In this document: positions 12,640-25,104 of the stretch, piece after piece
Layout: every line of letters starts with the position of its first letter
Position numbering within the stretch: the first letter of the stretch is position 1
NCBI GenBank assembly: GCA_965112155.1
Contig: OZ218101.1
Strand: one strand, 5' to 3'
Source: Podarcis liolepis
Taxonomy: Eukaryota
DNA: 64,000 bases
Made by a program: the position numbers and the translations under genes
Notes under the pieces: generated by a model
What the model saw: only the letters and a program-made list of their open reading frames with translations
Databases searched by the model: none
Told to the model about the DNA's origin: nothing

Positions 12640-14225
12640 GTAAGATCCCAATTATCTTTTCCTTCTTATTAAAAAAATACATCTCTGAAATGCTAAATTT
12701 GCATTATTACTTAAGCAAAGGGATCTACATATAAATGATCATTTTATCATCAATGGAACATCTGGGTACATCGAAACCACTTGGGGTTGTTGTGTTGCAG
12801 TGTGTTTGAAGTTGTGGGGCCAAAACAGACATGAACCAGGAGATTTGTAATTGGATTTCCAGCCTTTTCTGGTTGTATTTGCTTTTTGAATGGGTGGTTG
12901 ACCTGTGGGCTGCCCAACAAAAAGTTTTTTGTGACCCACAAAGACTCTCTTTCTTTTTCTATGTATATTCACTGCTCCAATGGGTCCTCCACTGTCATGC
13001 CTTGATGCCTCAGCCTTTTGTGTACTACACAATTTTTTTCCAATTTTAAATAAAGGGGGGTGGGAATTGGCCACTCCTGTGGGCCCTGTGGTGTGATCCT
13101 ATGATATGCTGTGATTTTTATTCCCCTCTGCCCACCCCTATTTCTCCTTTTCAAAATAAAATTTGCCATGCCTACTTTACACCTTCACCACACCCACTTA
13201 TACATTTTGTTTATACCCACTTTGGCATGTGACTGTTGGAGGGTTAGCCATGGATCAGTGCAGTGCTTGGCCTGCAAAAGGTTAGCCACCCCTGTTCTAG
13301 AACAGACTTGAAATGAATGTGTATGTGTGGGTGGAAGGGTTCTATATCATCTTCCACAGTGCCACTGCCCCCAGACTAAGTTGGATCCCCTTCAGAGGTT
13401 TTCAGATTTGAAAAAGGCATTGGGAGATTCAGTCACAGATCTCCTATGTCAAATGTAGTTTGGCTACCATGGGAATGCAATTCAAAATGGAAAATAGAGT
13501 TAACATTTTATCTACCAGCCTAAGAAAAAACAAAGAACAGGAAAGACTTGGGGCATGTGGAATTTTGCATGCTTTATCTGAAAGGAAGCGGACCAGAAAT
13601 GTGTCTATTAAATGATTAGAATATGGCATGAACCATATCTTACAGTATCAAATATATATATATTGAGTAATATCCTTATTGTTGCTAGGTGTGTGCGTTT
13701 TTAGGCAAAAGGTGTGAAATGCCACCCCATTGCCAGGAAAAGCACTGGAATGTCAAAGAACAATGTAATTGACTTTTAGGAAATTAATTTTTTACTATCA
13801 GGTTAGTGCTTGAGTGACATCCATTAACCTGTTATAGTGCTTGGCCACAATCCTGATTATTGTGACTGCTCGGTTTTCCTACTGTCACCAGTGGGAAAGA
13901 GAAATATGTGATCTTTCACAGGGTGCATAAGAGGGTGTTCATGTATTTCTCTTTCCGTGGATGATAGTGTACCATTTCAGAATCATGGATGTTGGCTACA
14001 TTTCATAGATTAACTTGCATATTTCTCTCATGCATATTTTGGGGGTGTCCTCTCCCCCAGCATCTTAATAAAAATGAATATTAATATTTGATTAATGAGT
14101 AACATAAAATAAAGATTCTTGACTGCCTACAGCATTTCCTTCTGATTAATAAAGACTTTTAAACGGAATATTAATTTTGCACCTTTCATGTGAACCAAAT
14201 CTGCTTTGAAATCTTTGTTACAAAA

Positions 14226-14447
14226 CAGATAGGTAGCCGTGTTGGTCTGCCATAGTCAAAATAAAAAAATTCCTTCCAGTAGCACCTTAAAGACCAACTA
14301 AGTTAGTTCTTGGTATGAGCTTTCGTGTGCATGCACACTTCTTCAGATACCAGGTATCTGAAGAAGTGTGCATGCACACGAAAGCTCATACCAAGAACTA
14401 ACTTAGTTGGTCTTTAAGGTGCTACTGGAAGGAATTTTTTTATTTTG
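14226..14447. mobile_element. Penelope-like fold-back element, copy 1 (intron 3)
   Basis: Perfect 95-bp inverted repeat (14257-14351 / 14353-14447, 1-nt loop) plus a 31-nt unpaired extension; flanked by direct repeat TTTGTTACAAAA (14214-14225 / 14444-14455); contains the Penelope-type terminal motif CTGAAGAAG..CGAAAGCT..GTCTTTAAGGTGCTACTGG. Confidence 0.85.
14353..14392 (+). ncRNA. Minimal type I hammerhead ribozyme motif (mirror copy on the - strand at 14312-14351)
   Basis: GGTAT-CTGAAGA-A-GTGTGCATGCACAC-GAAA-GC-TC-ATACC: stem I GGTAT/ATACC, core CUGANGA and GAAA, stem II GTGTG/CACAC, palindromic AGCT in place of stem III, UC cleavage site at 14386-14387. Confidence 0.75.
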
Positions 14448-17400
14448 TTACAAAAGTTTGCATGGCCTGAGGACACAGCTGTATTTTACAAGCAGTTTTA
14501 CAATTGGAAATAATGAGACAAGACTCCAGATAAATGGGTTTCAACTAGGGCCACATTTCATTTCATTCATTTCATTATGGTGGCTCGAAACTAACTTTTA
14601 AAGGCTAGGTTTAGGATATTAACTCTTAACTCACTTATAGGATTACTTGAATTGGGTGAGCCACCTTTCCTCAGTGGGAGGGGCATTACCCTTTTCCTTG
14701 AATCGCACCCATTCAGGTGAATAGGTCGGCCTTCCTGAGCCCCCTCTTCCTCGTGTCCCACAACTCTGGTAAGGTAAGGCAGGTTAGCCTCAAAGGTGCA
14801 CTGTATCCTGCACACAAGTTCAACAAGTCCTGAATGGCAAGGCTCAGGAAAGCCAATCACCCTCAAAGTGCCAAAGGATACTTATCTAAACTCATCTGTA
14901 CTTGTTCAACTTACCACACTTCCCTTTCAAAATATCACAGACTTAGCTTAATTAATGACATAGATTCACTCAACCACATCCCTCCCTCTTGCATACAGTA
15001 CAATAACTGTTTACCTTAATACATATTAAATAAAACTCTTGAGTTAATATTATATAGGAGGCAGAGTTCTTAATTGTAACATCCAAGTTTGAACATCGAG
15101 AATTTCCTTTATTTTCTATACAAGTGAGTTCTATCTCCTTCTAAATGAAATAATTTACCCCTAGGGTTAATATTTTATATCCCTTATAGCCATGTTTTAA
15201 GATGGAAAGGAAAGTGAAATTAAATAAAGGTTATGAAAAGCCTTCAGACAAATAATTAAAAAGATGCTGTCCTAGAAAATGTGATGCATATTCCTTTTAA
15301 TCAAAGGTAGGAAAACATTTGGAAGGCTTTAGGCTGCAAACGGCCCTGGGCTCACAACAAGAGTGGAACTCCCTGATGATGTCAAGAAGAGTGCTGAATT
15401 GGCTGATATACCTGAAAGTTTATGATAGGGACTATGACAATCCTCTGCCTAGAGCCTGAAAATCTAATAGTTACTTAATTGGAAGATCTATTATCCATCA
15501 AAATGCTCCCTATCTTACTTTCTTTTTATCTCCAGTTTCTTACAGTTCAATTTCTTGCCTCTTTGCTCCTTCTCCTACCACTTTGATTTAGTGAACAACA
15601 TATACTAATTTACTCACCTGGGAAGTGGGAGGGTCAGTAACCTGTGAGCAACAGAGGGAAAGTGATTTATTTGTACTAAAAAGCACACAAAATTAATAAA
15701 CAGTCTGCAAACTTATGGTTCTTTGGAGGTTGTCTCAAGGGCCATAGGATTCTTTGGGTCTGCCTGTCCAAGGGTGAAGAGAGGGGCCTGCCCTTGGAGA
15801 GGGAGTTCTGACCTTGTATGCCTCTTCTGTGAGAGTATAGAAAGGTCCACAGCCCATGCCTGCCCAGTGTCAGAGCTCTGGAGAGGGCAAAATCAATGCA
15901 TGGTGGAGGTATGTAGGCAAAGGCTGGAGGTCTACAGGATTCAAAGCATGCCCATCCCATGATCTGACTCCAGCACTGGTGGCAAAGTTTGCCAGATCTG
16001 GAGCTGGTATAATTTATTTCACCCCCACTGGAATTTTAAAAAAATCCAGAAGAAAAAAGAAAAGAAAAATGTGTTGCATCCCTTCAACATTGCCTCTGCT
16101 CTTCTTCCCCTCAAAGTTTTTGAGTACAGTACTCTGTTATTTTTAATTTTATTTGATAATAAAGAAAGCTACAGATATATTAACATGGGATTATCTGGAA
16201 GGTTGTTTGTGTTTAAATGTGTAGCTGTGACTTGTAAGCGGAAGGAAAAATTACTTTTGAATATATACAGTTATTAGTATTGTCGGAGAAAGACAATGCC
16301 ATTCAGTGGCCCATGACTGTCACCTCAAGTGTGGAACTGGTGACATGAACGTATCCGTTAAAGTTAGAATGTTCTTTACATATTGTACTGGTTTCCTGTC
16401 ACTCTTTAAAAGGGATGCAAGGCTCAAGATGACTCCCCTCCCCCCACTAGTACATTATTGGCATCAGCCAGTGGTGACACTGTGTCTGCAGACACTACGG
16501 TCAATCTTTAGGGCAGCTCTTCCTCATACTTAAAATGGCCTGCAGGTTATACATACAGGAAACTGCTCTGCAAAGTTTGCTGGTTTTGGAGAATAGCTTT
16601 TAATTTTGTGACAAGGATGAATGAGTCTCAAGGGAGTAGTAACAAGTAGCATTTCACTGGCGATATGAAGAGCTGGTGACCCCCCTTTATAACTGTAGCC
16701 CCAGCACAGAAAAAAAAAGTGTTTCTTTTACAACTGTAGAAGCAGGATAACTTTTCATCTTTCCTTGGATCATATTGCAAAGGAAATGTTGTTAGTCTGT
16801 TTTGATACTTAGGCAATTTTTTTGTCCTCCTTCTTCTTAAAACAAACAAACAAAGAAGTCCTTGGCAGTCACAATAGCTGCAGAGCAATTAGCAACCTAA
16901 GGCTGCAATCCTATACCCACTAACCTGGGAGTAAGCCCCACTGAAGTCAGCAAAACTTCTAAGTGGTTTACATAAAACAATAGAAAATATTCATTAAAGT
17001 AAAACATTAGAAACAAATGGACATAGAAATAGAAATAAAATCAGTAGCTTTAAACCTCAAAGACATAATAAAATTGCATGACTGGGGAGGCTTCCCATGT
17101 ATAGTATTGCATTGTGAGATACCTTATATGGCACAAGATAGATGAATAGGATATCAAAGCACAGAACAGATTTTCAGAAAAAAATAGTTTTGCAAATATA
17201 GTTCCCAGATAAACTCAATGAAAGAAATTAAGTGGAGATGCATATGGTGGATTTCAAAACCTTTGGCTGTAAGGGCTCTGGCTTCAATATATTGAAATGA
17301 GTCCTAGTTATGAACATTGATGCTCAGATGTGGGGGTGGGGGAGGGAATGTGCAAAATAAATTATTGTGACCTTGTGTGGTGAAGAGTTTGCAACCATTA

Positions 17401-17654
17401 AACACTTCCCACTGAGTATGTGGCTTGTTCAGGTCTATGCATAGCTTCAGCTACACAGTTTAACACACTGACCTAAATTCCTCAAGCCAGCCCATTTTTC
17501 TGGCTGGCAGATATGTCCCATACTGATTTAACAACATGAACCACAATTCAATGGGTGTAAGTGTCCATGACTCTCTATTGGATAATGGTCTTGTTTGCAT
17601 TTGTGTACTGAAGTCATTTGTTGTGACTTAATTTTTCTGTTATTCTTTTTGCAG

Positions 17655-17779
17655 ACACACACAGTCCGTTTGTAAAGCTTAACAGAGATCTGCCAGATAT
17701 GATACGTGTTTTTTATGGAGAAGAACTTATCATCCCGTGCAGAGTTACAGTACCAGATATTCCTGTTACATTAAAAATG
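17655..17779 (+). CDS. FLT1: FLT1 exon 4 (Ig domain 2, ligand binding)
   Basis: ttgcag|DTHSPFVKLNRDLPDMIRVFYGEELIIPCRVTVPDIPVTLKM|gtattt; 125 nt. Confidence 0.95.
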
Positions 17780-19380
17780 GTATTTGGATTTTGCTAAGTA
17801 AAACTGGATTGCTTCCTACATCTGTTATACGGTGTTTATGCTAACTTTCTCCAACCTGGTGCCCTCCACATGTTTTGGACTACAACTTCCATTGATCCCC
17901 ATGTGTTGAGTGCCAAAACATAAGGAGAGGACCAGACTGGGGAAGGCTAATTTATGCAGCTTAGTAATGTTTTTATTTATAGAAGTATAGTGAATGTTTC
18001 TACCTCCATTGAAAGAACTAGTGTCAAATTGAAGCAAAATAATTGGCTGTGCAGAATGTAGACAGACTCAAGGAGGACAGCAGAAAGTTGTATTAAGGCA
18101 TCAAAAAGAGGCGAGCAAGAACGAATTTCTGTGGTGATATTTCATGGGGTGTTTTCGATTGCCACACCCCTCTAGAGGAGGAAATAAATGAACAACAGCC
18201 ATTCAGCCAGAGGGGGAGTCAATTTGTTTCACAATAATCCAACTGCAACAGTTTACAGAATATAGTTCTAACAGAAGACCTGGGGGAAAATAGTCAAATG
18301 CAAATGCACTGGAATCAAATTGAACTCTTATTACACTAAACAAATGCAAGTTATCTTGTCATCTGGGCTTAACATTCATCTTCCTGTCAGCCTTCAGCTG
18401 AAGTAACTGCATGACACAGCTCCATCTGCTTCCACTTCATTCTATGACTGCACGCTCTCTAGCACCCATGACTTCTCCATCTTCCCACTGTCTGTACTTC
18501 AGTCCCTCACTTCTGATGGAGCCATCAGTCTGGATATATAACAAAGTTTTTAAAAGTGTATTTTATTTTTCCTCCAAACACATCCACTGTTGAATAACAT
18601 ACAACATCTCACCTACTACCCACAACCTCAAGTCTCAACATCTGAGAGCTATTTTTATATTTGCCGTGTTCTAGAGAGTTTCTGAAGACATGCCTAAGAA
18701 ATTACACACTTCTCATAGTGTTCTTTGTAGTCTAGCAAGTTGTTTGTGGTCCAGCAAGTGAAACTGTGAAAGCACAGAGCAGAGCATGGGAGTTTCTTAA
18801 GCTATTTGACAAAATATTTTTTTAAAAGCTTTGTGTACTTGTTTTGAATAACAGGATAAGCTTGCTCTTTTTATTCTGACCACTTTTGGGTCAACTGCAG
18901 CTTCGTATTTACCTCATGACACATTAGCTAACAATTTTCAACCAATAACTTTATTTTTGTTGATTTTACATCCCCACATTAAACCCTCCCTGCCTCCTCA
19001 AAAATTTTCTTCTCAGTTTGTCACAAAAAAATTGCACTGCCCACCTTACCACACAGAAATATCTATATGGGGGGTTTCCATAGCTGTATGGTAATTAAGA
19101 AAAATTAAGCACAGTAAGTTTAAATGCTTTTCAACTCAGTAAACCAAGCAAAAAGCCAATGAAATATATTGAGGTTTAGTTTACAGATAGGTGGTTCAGT
19201 TATTAAAATTATGTTAAGTGTGCTGTAGTGCTTACTCAGTGATTTCAGCTGGCCTGCATGCATCCTTTCGAAGCTGTAGCCTTTGAGATGTTTTGGGACT
19301 CAACCCCCAACAAAAAGGGTGTGTTTATACAGATGGTACTGCTGTACTGGATCCAGATTCAGTGGGAGTGGGTCTTAGAT

Positions 19381-19832
19381 CAGTGGTTTCCAATTAGCTA
19401 ATTACTGAGGACCCTGTTTTTCAAAAGCCAAGCCATGGACCCCCTACTTTTGAAAATTTTGATAACTCTATGGTAGTTACCTCCACAAAGCAATTTTTTG
19501 AACAAAATGTGAGGTAGCCCCTAATAAGCAAAGGATTTTAGGTATACTAAAAAACAGATTAGCGTTGAGTGATATCTGGTTTTCAACATAATTCACAATG
19601 TTCAACATAAATCACAATGCTCTCCCTCACGTGAGGAGCAATATATTCCTGTGTATTGCCACGTCAAAATTGTTATCGCATTGCCATTTCAAAACAGACC
19701 ATAAAATTTGTGATATTACCATGCAAAAATGAAAAGAATATAGTTGGGGAAGGCAAGGGATGGGGCCGTGGACTTCCTGGGTGCATTCTGCAGACCCTCA
19801 GGGGTCCCTGGACCCCTAATTGGGAACCACTT
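19381..19832. mobile_element. hAT (Charlie-like) non-autonomous element
   Basis: TIRs CAGTGGTTTCCAATTAG / CTAATTGGGAACCACTT; 8-bp TSD TCTTAGAT at 19373-19380 and 19833-19840. Confidence 0.88.
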
Positions 19833-21536
19833 TCTTAGATAATGAACATTATTTTTAAAGTTAATTCTCTAATATACAACAATAATTATGAAGCAAAATG
19901 TGCACACATACAATGATTGCTTCATGACAAATGACCCTATTCCCACCTTGCAGTATTTTTAGCCAATGTGTGAAATCACAGTTGTGATTGATGGAATGCT
20001 TTGGCAAAACCAGGCTGACAAATGCACTGTGGAAGGCAAAAAAATGGTTTCATACTAAACCTGGAATTCCCTTCTTAAGACAATTTCCATTCTGAAGTCA
20101 TGGATTTCTCTGGTGCATATGTGGCTACTTTTTCTATCAATTTAGACAATGGAAAAAGGACTTCCTGGTTTATTTTGATGCCATTCTTCGCTTTGCTCTG
20201 GTAAGGAAGTGATTGTTTTCCAGAGAAAACAATTGAGAAATGCAGGATTTTAATGTAACTGTGATGTCCACACAAAGCAAAAAGTTGCAGCAAAGATAGC
20301 TCTAAACTTCAGCTACCAAGAGCATGAATTCCTCTTAGTTGTCTGAGCAACAATCCTTTGCTTAGCAGATAAGTCATTTCATGCAAAAAATGTTGGGTTG
20401 TATCCAACAAAGTACATACAAACTCCAAGTAAACCCACTGAAATTGCTGTATCTAAGTTAGCCTTGCCTGTTAATTTCTGTCTGTCTACTAGTGAGCATT
20501 GGCTACAACTCAAATTATTTTTTCTGAGAATGTAAACATTAATTTTTTTAAAAAATCAATTAAAGTCCTTCATTAGTCCATCTGTGTTGCAAGTAAACAC
20601 TGTGGTAGAGAGAGTGTGGATTATTTAAACTGCAATGCAATCCATTGTTGTGAGCCAGTTTGTGTTGGTTCCTTTTTAGAGAAATACAGCTGTAACTGCT
20701 GTTAAGTTGATTGTGGTAGCAACTTGGGATGTACCGGTAGATTGTTGCTGCTGAGATAAACATTTAAGTAGGTATATTTGTGTGAAAGACTCAAACCCTT
20801 TTTGCTCAGGAAAACAAAAGAAAAGGGAGACTGTCCAATGCTGATAACATTGCTATAGTTATGAAGTATAAATAAATAACCACAACAAATGCTCTTATAA
20901 TAGGAATGTGCTATGTGCTATATAACAATGTAATCTTGAATTTAACCAAGCACGGGCATCTCTTCTGAATCTTGGTTGCTGTAAATCTCTCCGCCCACCC
21001 CCCAATCTGAAATATCATTCCTATTCTTGCATTGGTGGTGGAAAGACCTGCAGTAACATAACTGGTTTGCAGCTCATGAAACCTGAGAACTTTGCACGAT
21101 TTGGGACTGACATTGGAGGAGAAATATGGTTCTTGTGTCTTAACAGTTATGTGGCAGACAGAAATTGAATAGGCTAAACCTTTCCTAATATGGAAATGCA
21201 GTTATGGTGATATTTCATCTGTTTACCTTCTATCTTTCAAGCATCTTATCACTTGTGTGTGACTTCTGCCCCCTCAAAATGCAGATTTGCATAAATTTGC
21301 ATGTGGCACAAAGCACATACAAACTTTATGCAAACTGGTATCCTCCTTTGCAGGCAGAGAGAAGGACCAAACCACATACATTGTACTGGATCGTTAAAAT
21401 CCTGTTTGCATCCCAGTTCGATTTCCATCGGTCCCAGCCAGCCTTGCCAGTGGTCAGAGATTGTGGGTGTTTGGAGTATAACAAACTCTGGAGCGCCACA
21501 GGTTCTCCAGCCCAGCTAGATAAATAAATAAATAAA

Positions 21537-21700
21537 GGGAAAGTGCTGTATCTCAGTGGCAGAGAATCTGCCTTGTATAGAGAAGGATCTAGGCTCAGAA
21601 AGGCCTTGTGTGCAGAAGGGCCTAGATAGGGCTTGGAATCTCCCCTGCCTGAAACCCTGGAGAGCTGCTGCTCGTCAGGGTAGATCATGGATCCAGTGTT
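21537..21700 (+). mobile_element. Decayed tRNA-derived SINE (Squam3-like)
   Basis: Head TATCTCAGTGGCAGAG; body CTGCCTGAAACCCTGGAGAGCTGCTG similar to other copies in the window. Confidence 0.55.
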
Positions 21701-22549
21701 CCTAAAGATTTTATATGTATAATCAAAGGGAACGTTTCCTCCCAATGCATCTACCACCAGTGCTAAGTCAGCATCAACAGTTGCGCTATAAAATGAATGC
21801 CTCCCAATCCGCCTGCAGACATTCATGACTTTGGTGGAAACTTTATCTTCGACAGAATATCCTGAAACAGTGGGCTGTGCATGCCCCTTATTGTCATTGT
21901 CTGTATATGCAATGATGAATCAGTTGAAGGATCAAAAGGGAAATGTTTATATCTGGCAACAGTAACCACAATAGGCTCTCTAGAATTCAAGACACTTTAG
22001 AAAGTCAGTCAGCAGGCTATAATGTGGCAGAAAGTATTTGTATGTACAGGACACACTCCTCCCATCATTTAAATTGTGATTATGGCTTCTTAGCAGAGAT
22101 GCTGTAAAGATAAGGAAGTATATTCCACTGTGTCACTTTAGTCTAAGCTGTGATTGTTGTTCATTCGATTAAAACTTTTTTTTCCTGTCTGGGGAAATAA
22201 CATAAAATGAAGGGAGGTGACTTGCTTTGCAGCTCTGAGCTTTGTGATCCATGATCACCAACTTTATTAAAGAAGAAATAGTATACTTAGCAGTCTTCAC
22301 TGTCACAATCAGTGCAGATTTCTAGGTTTTGATTCAGAAGTGTCTAAATCAAAAGCTCCAAGCTCAGTGACCAGTCCCAGCACCCCTATGTGTATATATT
22401 TTTACCCTAGCAATGGGTGCTAAGATCCTCCTCTTTTCATACCATGGAGCATAGTTGACCCACAACTGGTGCTGCCCAACCAGATTAAGTGCTGGATGCT
22501 GCACTATTATAATTATTATTAATTAAATTTGTATACTGCCCTTCATTAT

Positions 22550-22872
22550 AGCCCAATTGCTCCTCCACTCTCGAGATAATTGGGTTCTTTTAGTGTGGTA
22601 GCACCTATATTCTGGAACTCCCTGGCTATTGACATGAACGTTCTTGTTTAGACAAGCCTACCCAGATGTGTAGAATGGGGGTTATATGTTTTAATTTGTT
22701 GTTTATTGTTGGCTTTATGTTTTGAATGACTTACAGTAAATAGTTGCTTTTATGGTTTTTCCTGATAATGTTATGGTTTTATTCTTTTTGTGAAGCACTT
22801 TGAGAGTTTTTTAATGGTCAAGTGGTATATAAATTTTATGAAATAAATAAAACAAACAAAACAAAACAAATA
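22550..22872 (+). mobile_element. L2-like LINE 3' fragment with A-rich/(AAAC)n tail
   Basis: GTGGTAGCACC..CTGGAACTCCCT motif, T-rich 3' UTR, ending GGTATATAAAT...AAATAAATAAAACAAAC; boundaries approximate. Confidence 0.55.
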
Positions 22873-24187
22873 ATGTTTTACTGCCTTTTAAAACAGCAAT
22901 AGTCAAAGGAGCCAGTGTAAAGACAGGTTCCATCACTTCAGTGCCTTCTAAACTGATGACCTGTTAGGTATCTGAATACTATCTGATGTTTAAATCTTTG
23001 TTATGCTTCAGTAGTGTATGGATTTTAGACTTTTAAAAAGGGGGTCACAGGTTCCCTTGTACTGTGTATAGCAGCAATCAATCTTTAGTTTCCATACATG
23101 AGGAGAGATTTCTTAAATTTATGGTGAAAGGGGAGGTAGGAGTGTAAAGAAGATATTTAGCCCCCTTGCCCCATGCACTCAATATAAGCATATTGAACTC
23201 ACTTTCTGCTCCTGTTGCTGAAAATAATAACATAGTTTCCCCCCTCATTAACATTATGAGCATAAAATTTCTTATGGTGTGAGCCCTGGAGATCCAGAAG
23301 TGACTCACCTCCATGGGTGCCTTGGTATGCAGCCTCTGCTGCTGCCTTGGTTCTACAGCACAAACTACACAAGAGGTGGCTTGCCCGGCATACAGCCTTT
23401 CCTGCTGCTGCCTTGCTTCTTCATGTGGGTGGCATGACTCAATACATAGCTGGTATGCACACAGCAGGTGCTCACTTGGGCAGAGAGGCAGCTAGAAGGC
23501 ACTCAACCTCAATGCCCTCCCACTCTAGCACCTCACTTGTTTTGTGGAAAGCTGGCATACTCTTCCTGCACAATTGATGGTGTCTTTTTGCTTCCTCACT
23601 TTGGTCTCCTGTGCTTAGGTACAGTCTTGAGCTTTGCCATGCCTGGATAAGTTAAGATCTTGCATAAGCATGCTCAGTAGTGCAGCAATAAAACTGCTAG
23701 CACATTTGCAAAGCCAAGCAGGGTCTGGTATGGTTTCAAATTAGATAGGGAACCATGCATTGAGATTCCTGATTTGGATTCCCTTGGGGACCCTTCCAAC
23801 TCTATGATTCTATGATGCTTTCATTTCTGGCTCAGTCAAAGCCATGAGATGATAACAGTCTACAGCAGGGATAGCCAATGTGTTGCCATCTAGGTGTTAC
23901 AGCCTACAGCTTTCATCAGCCGCAGCTGACCAACCATTAAGGATGATGGGAGTTGTAGTCCACAATATCTGGAGGGCACAATGTTGGATACAATGTTGGC
24001 TACCGACCTCTGTAGTTAGCTCTACATAGAGAAGCCCCTGTAATTTGGAACATTAGGGCATGCTAAGCCACGTGTGCTCATTTGTGACTTCTAAGTTGTG
24101 CTGTGATGTCACGGACATGCCTGACAAATATACATGCCACTATATATTATAATAGGCTGGATTTCCTTCTTTAAATGTTTTCATATC

Positions 24188-24190
<3 letters not shown>

Positions 24191-24232
<42 letters not shown>
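24191..24232. repeat. (AC)21 microsatellite followed by a (TC)n/T tract
   Basis: Direct reading. Confidence 0.95.
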
Positions 24233-24234
<2 letters not shown>

Positions 24235-24713
24235 CCTCTCTCTCTCTTTTTTTGTGTGTGTTTGCAAATTCCCATACTACGAGGTTTGTTTCTTGTCTGG
24301 AATGGCCTGCTGTCAACATTAGAAAATCCCCTAACTGCCAATTTTGAGGCAAAAATAGTGTTCTGGTATGTGATGATCATGCATCTGCAAATGAAGCACA
24401 TTTTCCGACAGAACCATATTGGTCAACAGGAAGTCAGTGGCATAGCAATAAAGCCTGAGCAATCCCATTTGCTATTGCAAAATTATGAATAATGAAATTT
24501 TGGGGGGGAAACATGAAATATTCACATTCTACACCATTTTTTTATGTTATGAGACAAAAGTGCTATTGGAAGCCCTTTGAGTAAATATATTCATACAGGT
24601 GTTTAGTTATGTTCAGGAACTTTTAAAATTCCTTTTATAAATTAACCATTCATTAGTTTCAGGGGGGAAGCACCTAACAATAAAAAGAAGTAATGAATTC
24701 ATTTTATTTTTAG

Positions 24714-24876
24714 ATGCCAGGAGTTAACATCATTCCTGATGGGAAGACAATAATCTGGGATAGTACAAAGGGCTTTATAATACCAAATGCAACATATAAA
24801 TTCATAGGCCTTCTCAGCTGTGAAACAAGTATTAATGGCCATGAATACAGCACAAAATACCTGACATTCAGGATGA
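24714..24876 (+). CDS. FLT1: FLT1 exon 5 (Ig domain 2)
   Basis: ttttag|MPGVNIIPDGKTIIWDSTKGFIIPNATYKFIGLLSCETSINGHEYSTKYLTFRM|gtaagt; 163 nt. Confidence 0.96.
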
Positions 24877-24967
24877 GTAAGTATCTTTTGGTTTCCTCAG
24901 TCAGTAATTTCAGTTATTTAATTAATTAATCATCGGATTCACTTTTCTTTCTTGATGTATTGTGTAG

Positions 24968-25104
24968 ACAATGAAATCCATAGTGTCCGGTTAAATGCCT
25001 CAAGACCAGTCAAGTTATTAAAAGGAGACAAGCTTGTCCTCAACTGTACAATCACTACCGCCTGGAACACAAGAGTGCAGATCACATGGAGTTATCCTGG
25101 TGAG
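24968..25104 (+). CDS. FLT1: FLT1 exon 6 (Ig domain 3)
   Basis: gtgtag|NNEIHSVRLNASRPVKLLKGDKLVLNCTITTAWNTRVQITWSYPGE|gtgggt; 137 nt; preceded by a 91-nt intron. Confidence 0.95.

Noticed and set aside
14257-14447. Pre-miRNA or CRISPR-like repeat interpretation of the hairpins
   Set aside because: Perfect long arms, TSDs and a second dispersed copy indicate a mobile element; there is no repeat-spacer array and the DNA is eukaryotic.
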